Source: Candidatus Enterousia sp. (GTDB lineage Bacteria > Pseudomonadota > Alphaproteobacteria > Rs-D84). Taken from it: a stretch of 64,000 bases of DNA. The stretch is taken from assembly GCA_045613345.1 (NCBI GenBank), contig JAZLAT010000005.1, forward strand, positions 67,588 to 131,587, given 5' to 3'. Shown here piece after piece: positions 56,090 to 64,000 of the stretch (position 1 is the first letter of the stretch; each line of letters opens with the position of its first letter). Below the pieces are notes generated by a model. That model worked only from the letters and a program-made list of their open reading frames with translations. It was not told where the DNA came from and searched no databases. The position numbers were made by a program, and so were the translations under genes.

Positions 56090-58605
56090 TCACGTTCCGT
56101 AGCACGTGCAAAATCATCGAAATTTTTATATTTCGCTTCTGATGTTTTCATATATTTATAAGGCGCGCCACCCACAGAATACATATTAAATAACTCTGTA
56201 ACTTTATCGTGTGCGGCACGCATCATTTCTGCGGTTGTTTCCGAATCGTATTCTATGATACATGCATCATTGGAACGCAATTGCAAAAATTTCATAACAG
56301 GTGTTGCACAAGGCCTATACATTGGAAATCCGCCACTTTTTAACATCAAGGCTTCAAGTGGTAATTGTGGCATATTACCATTCATCAATTGCAATTTTGT
56401 TGGTGCAGCCCCAGTTTTTATATCTAAAACACCGTTGTCCCAAATTCTGTCTGCACGCGCCGCCACAGTGCGACCAGCAATTTGTATACAACCTTCGATT
56501 TCGGTTTTAGCATCGACGGTTTTGTTCAGCACATCGGCGGCAATCGGGGCGATTTCAAGAAATCGGCGATGCCAAAAATGAAACAACAAACTGTTTTTGC
56601 CCAAAATTTCATATGCCCGCGAATCCATATTTTGGACCAACCAATCCGCCGTCACATTTGCGGGTGCATTTTCCAAAACCCCATGCACCAAGTTCCCAAA
56701 ATCACGTGCATCGGGTAATGCCCAATAATCGTCAATCACATGCAAACGCAGTATATGACGCACATAGAACGCATATGGATTATGTATCAAAAGTTCCAAT
56801 TCGGTAACATATACATTTGACCAATCGGCGGGCGGCATCGGGTCAGAATAATCCAATGGACGCGATTCAACAATATCACGTGCGCGCACCGCGTTCAAAA
56901 TATCTTGTGCTGATTTTGTATCAAAGTTTCCACGTGCCACAATCACGCGCGACAAGAATCTTGATTCTTGGGTCGCCACACCACCAGAAATACGGCTGCG
57001 TGTCCAATAAACTTGCGCACCACAAGACAAATTCATAAAATCAAGTGACATCAAAGATACTTTATGATTCGGACTTGGTAAACCAACTTGCGCCGAAATC
57101 TTACGCGGCAACCACGGATTTTCATACCCCATTGACGGAAACATACCTTCATTAAGCCCCATCAATATAACAACATCCGCGGTCTGCATACGCGATTCAA
57201 TTGTTCCCAAAACCGCAACACGCCCCGAATCCGTCATTTTTCCACGTACCCGTACACCCGATAAAGCGTCCGCAATAAATGCACGCGCCGCCGAAATATC
57301 TACATGAATGTTTTGCAAATTCAAACAATCAGAAAGTTTTTTTATTGTATTCCACACCTGCACAGATGCGTCGTCATCCAATACAAATTTTGGTGCAAAC
57401 TTATCGATATATTTTTCAACAATTTCTGCAACCGTATTAAACAAATCGAAATTATTTACCGAATATATTTGTGAAAAAACCCCTGTTCCGCTTTCAATCC
57501 AATCATCAAGCAAATTCAACACAGCGCGTCCCGCGGGCGTTGCACCACCCGAAACACCACCCGAAAAATCTGCATCAATTCCACGACGCAAAAATTCGGA
57601 TTGCAACCTTTGGTTTCCGGCGGCATCAGGCGTAATAATCAAAACCGTTTTATTATCACAAATCGCGCGCGATGTTATTTCTGCAACCGTGGCAACTTCT
57701 TCGGATTCGCGCAATGATTCTATTAGGTGACAATTTGATAAATCATAATTTGAAAAATCGCTGTATACATTGGAAAAAGCCGCATTCATAAAATCAATAT
57801 GCGATGAACCAACATCTATTTCATGTACACAATTTGGCGACACACCAATTTCTTGCAAGAATTTATATTCCGAATTATATGGGTTTGTATCCAATTCAAA
57901 ATCTTCCACCCGCCCAGAAATCTTGCCCGAAAGGATTATACGCCCATTTTGCATTTGTGCAATTTCACACATCAACTTTCGTGTTGTTGGCACACTTGCG
58001 GTTGAACCACAAACAATAATCAAAGAATCATTTATTGGTAATTTTTTAATATAATCACACCACGCGTATACAGCGGAATTTCTGGCTTTCGTCTCACTGA
58101 CCCGCCCACCAAAAACATCATTTGTCACACGTGATATAATTGATAATATCTGGGCTTTGTCCCGAAAATGAGCCGCGTATCTTGAATCTATTAATTCATT
58201 CCAATCAACATCCGCAATATCAATACCACTGTTTTCCAAATAATCTTGCATTGTCACCAAAGTTCGAGCGATTGGAATCGCCGCCGAAATATTACCAACC
58301 ATTGGCAACCCCGATAATATATACGCCATCGCAACAACGCGTTCCATTACCGAAACAGTTAGAACATTTGAATCTTCCAATTCTTCATCTTCAACACCTT
58401 CACCCAAAGACACAAGGCGTGGCAATATAAGCGCGCCGCCCGCTTTTTCAGCAAGCATTTTTTCGACCACACGAACCGCACGACGACTTGGCAAGAATAT
58501 CAACATATTTGGAATTGATACGCCCGATTCGGTCATAACACGCCACAGTGCATCAAGGATTTTAGCAGGATTAGAAGCACAAAAAATATTTTTATTTGAT
58601 TCCAA
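56086..58605 (-). CDS. addB: Double-strand break repair protein AddB (alphaproteobacterial type)
   Basis: 839 aa. Degenerate helicase-like N-terminus and a PD-(D/E)XK-like C-terminal region. Called from overall family resemblance; no addA lies adjacent. Confidence 0.6.
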   Translation of the reverse strand: MESNKNIFCASNPAKILDALWRVMTESGVSIPNMLIFLPSRRAVRVVEKMLAEKAGGALILPRLVSLGEGVEDEELEDSNVLTVSVMERVVAMAYILSGLPMVGNISAAIPIARTLVTMQDYLENSGIDIADVDWNELIDSRYAAHFRDKAQILSIISRVTNDVFGGRVSETKARNSAVYAWCDYIKKLPINDSLIIVCGSTASVPTTRKLMCEIAQMQNGRIILSGKISGRVEDFELDTNPYNSEYKFLQEIGVSPNCVHEIDVGSSHIDFMNAAFSNVYSDFSNYDLSNCHLIESLRESEEVATVAEITSRAICDNKTVLIITPDAAGNQRLQSEFLRRGIDADFSGGVSGGATPAGRAVLNLLDDWIESGTGVFSQIYSVNNFDLFNTVAEIVEKYIDKFAPKFVLDDDASVQVWNTIKKLSDCLNLQNIHVDISAARAFIADALSGVRVRGKMTDSGRVAVLGTIESRMQTADVVILMGLNEGMFPSMGYENPWLPRKISAQVGLPSPNHKVSLMSLDFMNLSCGAQVYWTRSRISGGVATQESRFLSRVIVARGNFDTKSAQDILNAVRARDIVESRPLDYSDPMPPADWSNVYVTELELLIHNPYAFYVRHILRLHVIDDYWALPDARDFGNLVHGVLENAPANVTADWLVQNMDSRAYEILGKNSLLFHFWHRRFLEIAPIAADVLNKTVDAKTEIEGCIQIAGRTVAARADRIWDNGVLDIKTGAAPTKLQLMNGNMPQLPLEALMLKSGGFPMYRPCATPVMKFLQLRSNDACIIEYDSETTAEMMRAAHDKVTELFNMYSVGGAPYKYMKTSEAKYKNFDDFARATERD

Positions 58606-59146
58606 TTATCGCCCTTAATATATCAATGCCATATTTCTTTTCAACAGAAGTTTCCAATACATCGTCAACCATCGCCGGATGCGAATCCGCACAAACTTCG
58701 CACTGGTCACATTCCCGAACACGTTTATCTTTTTTGGTATAAATCACCTGGTAAGGAATTCCGTGCATATCACAAAAAGCCATTAAATCCAGGTCAGATT
58801 GCTTTGGCCCGATTCGTGAATCCACCAACACAAAAAGCCGTCTTAGTTGTCGTCGCGTCATAATATATTCTTGGAAACGCAACATCCACCGTTCTGCATC
58901 GGTTCGCGACACACGCGCATAGCCGTATCCAGGCAAATCTATAACAGCGATTCGGTCATCAACATTAAACATATTCAGCGTCTGGGTGCGTCCCGGAGTA
59001 TTTGATGTGCGTGCAACATTTTCACCCAACACAGCATTTATAAGCGACGATTTACCAACATTGCTGCGCCCTGCAAAGGCATATTCGGCAAAACTTGTTT
59101 GTGGCAAATCAGACACTTTTTCAAAACCACCGACAAACCTTATCAT
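58592..59146 (-). CDS. engB: Ribosome biogenesis GTP-binding protein YihA/EngB
   Basis: 184 aa with G motifs GRSNVGKSSLIN, DLPGYG and TKKDK. Confidence 0.85.
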   Translation of the reverse strand: MIRFVGGFEKVSDLPQTSFAEYAFAGRSNVGKSSLINAVLGENVARTSNTPGRTQTLNMFNVDDRIAVIDLPGYGYARVSRTDAERWMLRFQEYIMTRRQLRRLFVLVDSRIGPKQSDLDLMAFCDMHGIPYQVIYTKKDKRVRECDQCEVCADSHPAMVDDVLETSVEKKYGIDILRAIIGIK

Positions 59147-59940
59147 TTGCCCTCCCCTGCTTTCAGCATGCGTTTATATGCTTCTTTTTTTGAAATACCG
59201 GTTCGCACAGCAAGTTCATTTGCCGCACTTTTTACAGATTTCGCCGCAACATCGTTCACGATTTCACTGATTTCATCATCGGTCATTTTGTGTTCAGGCG
59301 CCGGTGCAACAACGATTACGATTTCCCCGCGTGGCGGTTCAATATTCAACAAATCTGCCGGGTAACCGATAATTGTTTCTTCGTGAATCTTGGTTATTTC
59401 GCGCACCACAGCAATTTTTCTTTCGGGCATAACGCGTGCAATTGCCGAAATTGCATTTTTTACCCTGTTGGGACTTTCATAGTAAATAATTGTATGCCGA
59501 ATATGATTATCATCGCGCAATTTTCTTTCGTCAAAAAAACCACAGAATGTAAATCTATCGGTTGGAAAACCACTCAACACCAACGCAGATATAACTGCCG
59601 TTGGTCCCGGAACAACAAAAACTGGCACATTTGCATTACGCGCCGCCCGCACCGCACGAAAACCCGGGTCACTGATTCCCGGCATTCCCGCATCAGAAAC
59701 TATCGCGACCGCTTCACCCACCCGAACACGGTCAATCAAACCATCAACAACTTCGCGTTCATTATGCTCGTGACAAGAAATACGCCGTGTTTTTATATCA
59801 AAATGACTTGCAATTTTTGCAAACACGCGTGTATCTTCGGCGGCAATCAAATCAACATTTTTCAACACCTCTATCGCCCGCGGCGACATATCGCTTAAAT
59901 TTCCGATTGGCGTTCCAACAATGTAAAGCCCTGTTTGCAT
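59143..59940 (-). CDS. rsmI: 16S rRNA (cytidine1402-2'-O)-methyltransferase
   Basis: 265 aa with LYIVGTPIGNLSDMSPRAIEVLKNVDLIAAEDTR. Confidence 0.85.
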   Translation of the reverse strand: MQTGLYIVGTPIGNLSDMSPRAIEVLKNVDLIAAEDTRVFAKIASHFDIKTRRISCHEHNEREVVDGLIDRVRVGEAVAIVSDAGMPGISDPGFRAVRAARNANVPVFVVPGPTAVISALVLSGFPTDRFTFCGFFDERKLRDDNHIRHTIIYYESPNRVKNAISAIARVMPERKIAVVREITKIHEETIIGYPADLLNIEPPRGEIVIVVAPAPEHKMTDDEISEIVNDVAAKSVKSAANELAVRTGISKKEAYKRMLKAGEGK

Positions 59941-59976
59941 TTATCAATCCTTTGTAGTAAAATAATACAGAATAAA

Positions 59977-61578
59977 ATGGATTTTTCAATGCATATTATT
60001 AAACGCTTTTTTTACTTTGGCATATTGATGACACTGGTCGCGGGTTGCGGTGGCGGTACCAAATGGAAATCAGAACCCGTACCAACGACGACTTCGATGC
60101 CCGGGACGTTACAATATGGCGGTTTCAGTGCGGGCATGTATGGGACTTCGGGGGCTCATAAAATTGCGGTTTTATTGCCCACCTCTGGGGCAAATGCACC
60201 GGTTGGTAAATCGATTCGTAATGGCATAGAAATTGCCGCAATGCAATTTGCACCAAACGAACTGGAACTGGATTTTTATGATACTGCAAATGGTGTAACG
60301 GCCATCAATGCCGCATTGGCATCAAACCCCGAAATTATAATTGGACCATTGTTCGCCGAAGATGCGCGGATTTTACGCGACATAAAATCATCTGATATTC
60401 CGGCATTATCGTTTACATCTGATGTGACGGCGGTTGGAAATGGCGTATTCAGTATGTCTGTTATGCCTGCAAATACTATTGAAGCAATTATAAAGCAAAT
60501 GAAAACACATGGTGCAAATGGATTTATAACTTTTGCGCCAAATAATGTATCTGGGCGCACGATGGCGGGTGCGGCAAAAACGATTACCGATGCATACGAC
60601 ATAAAAAACCTTGGAACATTTTATTATAACGAACGCGACACAGAATCAATCAAATCTGTGGCGATGGCGGCAACAATGTACAACGCCCGAAATGCGGCAA
60701 ACACACGTGCCAAAGAAATATTGTCATCAATATTGAACCATGAACAAATAACCTCATCGGAAAGATATTCTTTATCACGTCAATTGGAAAATTTGAATCG
60801 AACCGATACACTGGGGGATATGCCTTATGATTCGGTATTATTTCTTGGGTCGCCCGATGACACTAAATCGATTGCTTCATTTTTGCGGTATTATGGACTT
60901 GGGGTGCGCGACGCAACTTTTTATGGAACGCCCATGTGGCAGGAAGGAAATATAAAGAACGATATAACCATGACCGGGGCAGAATTTGTAACTCTGCCTG
61001 ATATATCAAGCGAATTTAATACCATATATGAAAGCGCAACCGGCACAACCGCGCCACGCATGGCGGCGATCGGATATGATACAGCAATCTTGGCTTTTGG
61101 TGCACTGTATTCGTCAAACGATATGGCGGCATACCTTATGTCACCCGCAGGTTATATTGGAACAAACGGCATGTTCCGATTAAGGTCAAATGGTACAAAC
61201 GAACGCGCCTTGGATACAGTTCGTATAAATGGCGACGGCACAACACAAATTATCAAAAATGCCGAAACAAACTTTATAACCCCGGTATATATGACCAACC
61301 TGAATTATATTTCGCCCGCAGACGAGACACCATTAATAACCCAAGGTATAAATCCAATGGACCATATAAATATTCCTGAACGTTTTTACGGTAAATATCG
61401 GTCCAAAACATATGGCGAAAATGATATTCAATCTGAAACACCGACCAACGAATTTCCCACCATCACGATCGAAACAAATAATGAAAACAATATTTCTATA
61501 ACCACACCTGATTACAAGCCTGTGCCACTGGAAACAATTGGGCGAACATATATCGATTCGGTTGAAGTCACAGAATAA
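59977..61578 (+). CDS. LpoA/LppC-like lipoprotein (penicillin-binding protein activator family, periplasmic-binding-protein fold)
   Basis: Lipobox LVAGC. It is divergent from rsmI, as in the conserved yraL/yraM pairing. The start is uncertain (59977 or 59989). Confidence 0.55.
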   Translation: MDFSMHIIKRFFYFGILMTLVAGCGGGTKWKSEPVPTTTSMPGTLQYGGFSAGMYGTSGAHKIAVLLPTSGANAPVGKSIRNGIEIAAMQFAPNELELDFYDTANGVTAINAALASNPEIIIGPLFAEDARILRDIKSSDIPALSFTSDVTAVGNGVFSMSVMPANTIEAIIKQMKTHGANGFITFAPNNVSGRTMAGAAKTITDAYDIKNLGTFYYNERDTESIKSVAMAATMYNARNAANTRAKEILSSILNHEQITSSERYSLSRQLENLNRTDTLGDMPYDSVLFLGSPDDTKSIASFLRYYGLGVRDATFYGTPMWQEGNIKNDITMTGAEFVTLPDISSEFNTIYESATGTTAPRMAAIGYDTAILAFGALYSSNDMAAYLMSPAGYIGTNGMFRLRSNGTNERALDTVRINGDGTTQIIKNAETNFITPVYMTNLNYISPADETPLITQGINPMDHINIPERFYGKYRSKTYGENDIQSETPTNEFPTITIETNNENNISITTPDYKPVPLETIGRTYIDSVEVTE

Positions 61579-61594
61579 ACAAAGGGGAAACAAA

Positions 61595-61840
61595 ATGAAA
61601 CCATGTTGCCAGATAATCATCGCATGCATTATGACTGCCGTTGTCACGGCATTTGCCACTGCATATATACTCGAACACAAACAATATTTCGGCACCGACA
61701 CAGAATATATCTGTAAAGATAATGCAAGCCCCGATTTAAATGGATGCTGTCCGGGGGAAGAACTTACCGATATGGGCGATCAAGGGTTTAACTGTTGTCC
61801 AATGGACGGCGGTGATTGTTTTCCGCCGATTGATAAATAA
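61595..61840 (+). CDS. Small membrane-anchored Cys-rich protein, 81 aa
   Basis: ATG at 61595 with an AAGGGG RBS. N-terminal TM helix followed by CC/CC/CC pairs (NGCCPGEE...FNCCPMDGGDC). Confidence 0.45.
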   Translation: MKPCCQIIIACIMTAVVTAFATAYILEHKQYFGTDTEYICKDNASPDLNGCCPGEELTDMGDQGFNCCPMDGGDCFPPIDK

Positions 61841-61845
61841 AAACA

Positions 61846-63216
61846 TCAATCTAAATCACGCAATTCGATATTGTCACCATCGACGATAACGATTTTGCCC
61901 GATTCGATTCGAAACATTTTTACGATACTACGCACATCGCGCTTGGCGAACAAATCCGCTGTATAGACCGATTTTACACCACGCAACAAACAAAGTTGAT
62001 TTGCGACAATTTCGCAATCGCAAACGGCGATAATTTGTGTATCTGGGCGACGACAAGAAATTTCAGTCACTGCACCTGTTTCTCGCGCAAAAACAATTAT
62101 CGCCGCCGCATGATTCAAGAAAGCCATAGAAGATACTGAACGCGACCAATCATTTTCAGACGATTTTTCAGAACGCGCCCAATCAGCCGGATGCGCAATC
62201 GCGTCGTTATCAGAAAAAGTTAAAATTTTATCCATAGTTTCAACCACACGCAAAGGATTCGAACCAATAGTTGTTTCTTCGGATGTCATTGTCGAATCCA
62301 CATGTAAATAAGCCGCACTTGCTACATCGCTAACCTCGGCACGCGTCGGGAATTCGGATTCCACCATTGAACCAAGCATCTGGGTTGCCATTATAACTGG
62401 TCGATTAAGCCGACGACATTCACGAATAATTTGTCGTGAAATTGCCGGAACTTGTTCAAATGGTAATTCGACCGCCAAATCACCACGCGCAATCATAACA
62501 CCATCCGCGGTGGCGGCAATTTCTGAGATTCTTTCAACTGCATTCTTGCGTTCTATCTTTGCAATAATCTTAATCGGTGCGGATGTGCGTTCAGTAATAA
62601 AATCACGCACAGTGGCAATATCTTTTGGACTTTGTACAAAAGAAACCGCAACCAAATCAGGATTCTTGGTCAAGGCATATTCCAAATCTGCCCTGTCCTT
62701 GTCGGTCAATGCATTCATATCAATATCTGTATCTGGGACATTAAATCCACGACGCGACCAAATTTCGGTTCCACGAATAACACGAGTTTTTACCGAATCA
62801 GGTGCAACATCTATGACCTGCATTTCTATTTTTCCATCATTTAACAAAATTCTTTCACCAACCCGCAAAGACCGCAAAACATCTGCATCTGGCAAATTTA
62901 CCCGATTCGAATTTCCAGGTGCCGGATTTGAATCAAACACAAAAGTCTGACCCACACTTAATGGATATTTTTCTTCGGTTAAAAAATTACCGATTCGGTG
63001 TTTTGGACCTTGCAAATCAATCATTATTCCAACCGGCAAATTTATTTCGCGTGATATCTTGCGAATTATATCAATTTTGTGTCCTTGGGCTTCGCCTGTA
63101 TCATGACTGAAATTTATACGAAACACATTAACCCCCCCCGCAATCATATTACGCAACATGTGTTCTGATTCTGACGAAGGGCCAATCGACGCAGTAATCT
63201 TGGTAAATATTGACAT
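61846..63216 (-). CDS. pyk: Pyruvate kinase
   Basis: 456 aa with TKITASIGPSS, MIARGDLAVE and VIMATQMLGSM motifs. Confidence 0.9.
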   Translation of the reverse strand: MSIFTKITASIGPSSESEHMLRNMIAGGVNVFRINFSHDTGEAQGHKIDIIRKISREINLPVGIMIDLQGPKHRIGNFLTEEKYPLSVGQTFVFDSNPAPGNSNRVNLPDADVLRSLRVGERILLNDGKIEMQVIDVAPDSVKTRVIRGTEIWSRRGFNVPDTDIDMNALTDKDRADLEYALTKNPDLVAVSFVQSPKDIATVRDFITERTSAPIKIIAKIERKNAVERISEIAATADGVMIARGDLAVELPFEQVPAISRQIIRECRRLNRPVIMATQMLGSMVESEFPTRAEVSDVASAAYLHVDSTMTSEETTIGSNPLRVVETMDKILTFSDNDAIAHPADWARSEKSSENDWSRSVSSMAFLNHAAAIIVFARETGAVTEISCRRPDTQIIAVCDCEIVANQLCLLRGVKSVYTADLFAKRDVRSIVKMFRIESGKIVIVDGDNIELRDLD

Positions 63217-63302
63217 AATTTAAACTCTCTCGTCTCTTTTTGTTGATTTTTATGTTTTATTGTATATCATAAAAGTCGAACTTTAACAAGGGGAAAACGG
63301 AT

Positions 63303-63551
63303 ATGAAAAATGCAAACCATGGTGCACTTGATAATCAACAATTATTAAGTATTATTGAAAGAGTTGAAAAGTTAAATGAAGATGCTGCCGCAATCGCCGC
63401 AGACATCAAAGAAATCTTTGCCGAGGCAAAATCCGCGGGCTTTGACCCGAAATATATTCGCCAAATGATTCGCCTGCGCAAGATGGATCCTGATGAATTG
63501 GACGAAACAGACGAATTAACGCATATGTATCGCACGGCTTTGGGGCTTTGA
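63303..63551 (+). CDS. DUF2312/UPF0335 (GapR-like nucleoid-associated) protein
   Basis: 82 aa with LLSIIERVEKLNEDAAAIAADIKEIFAEAKSAGFDPKYIRQMIRLRKMD. Confidence 0.75.
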   Translation: MKNANHGALDNQQLLSIIERVEKLNEDAAAIAADIKEIFAEAKSAGFDPKYIRQMIRLRKMDPDELDETDELTHMYRTALGL

Positions 63552-63868
63552 TGAAAAAATTTACCAAAAATATCGAAGATTTTACCTGCGCCCACTGTGG
63601 CGCGGTGGTCTTTGGTAACGGATATACAAATCATTGTCCACAATGCCTTTGGTCACGGCATGTGGACAACAACCCCGGGGATCGTGCGGCACACTGTGGC
63701 GGAATGATGGAACCGATATCCGCAGAACCAACCGGCAACGGATTCATTATCACGCATAAATGCACCGTATGCGGACACACGCGCCGACAGCATGCATCTG
63801 AAAATGACAATATCGATGAAATAATTAAACTGACCGCACATAATGAGTTTATATTTGGCAAAAAGTAA
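63548..63868 (+). CDS. RNHCP domain protein
   Basis: 106 aa with FTCAHCG...YTNHCPQCLWSRHVDNNPGDRAAHCGGMMEP. Confidence 0.65.
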   Translation: MMKKFTKNIEDFTCAHCGAVVFGNGYTNHCPQCLWSRHVDNNPGDRAAHCGGMMEPISAEPTGNGFIITHKCTVCGHTRRQHASENDNIDEIIKLTAHNEFIFGKK

Positions 63869-64000
63869 AATACTTACTTGGATTCGCGAACAAAAATTAA
63901 ATGCGTTTTTATGGGCACCAATTTTCTTGGCATTTGGTATCGCACTGTATTTTACAATGTTTAACGAACCCAATATTTGGACATTGATTTCGTCAATAAT
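63843..64000 (+). CDS. ComEC/Rec2-family protein, N-terminal fragment (runs off the right edge)
   Basis: My translation from the ATG at 63843 is MSLYLAKSKILTWIREQKLNAFLWAPIFLAFGIALYFTMFNEPNIW. The LW.P..L..G...YF....EP pattern is typical of the ComEC N-terminus. Only 52 codons are visible. Confidence 0.4.
   Translation, partial: MSLYLAKSKILTWIREQKLNAFLWAPIFLAFGIALYFTMFNEPNIWTLISSI

Noticed and set aside
1-64000. CRISPR arrays, IS elements or transposases, prophage genes, rRNA operons and restriction-modification genes.
   Set aside because: I saw no regularly spaced repeats, transposase, phage-like or methyltransferase-like ORFs, or rRNA-like sequence anywhere in the window.

Overview
This is a gene-dense, moderately AT-rich bacterial chromosome segment. 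It is almost certainly alphaproteobacterial. Supporting genes are DUF2312/GapR, DUF721/DciA-like, alpha-type AddB, the divergent rsmI / LpoA-like pair, and gatCAB. Most of the window is housekeeping: dnaN (partial), uvrC, pgsA, dnaJ, parE, ruvX, gatCAB, miaB, ftsK, yajC-secDF, mutL, greA, xerD, trxB, serS, typA, recA, secB, mltA, ruvC, yebC, ruvA, mnmE, xth, addB, engB, rsmI and pyk. There are two tRNAs, Phe-GAA and Lys-CTT. I found no CRISPR array, IS element, prophage, rRNA or integrase other than XerD. Accessory or unusual content: (1) a 10-16 nt motif (core CCGCTGTATA) that is strongly over-represented, both in coding frames and as hairpins; (2) TAGTG-type short tandem repeats placed sense-strand directly after four stop codons; (3) two paralogous Cys-rich orphan genes inserted between gatC and gatA, plus an antisense tRNA-Phe between gatA and gatB; (4) a roughly 240 nt structured leader upstream of a secreted Cys-rich protein gene; (5) a 61 bp perfect duplication of the tRNA-Lys 3' end plus terminator; (6) an AT-rich two-gene orphan islet between serS and typA flanked by 20 bp direct repeats; (7) a glycosyltransferase island between typA and recA; (8) a truncated CCA/poly(A)-polymerase-like nucleotidyltransferase translationally coupled to yebC; (9) an S41 peptidase homolog that seems to lack the Ser/Lys dyad. 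All functional calls come from reading the translated ORFs and recognising motifs. No database search was run.
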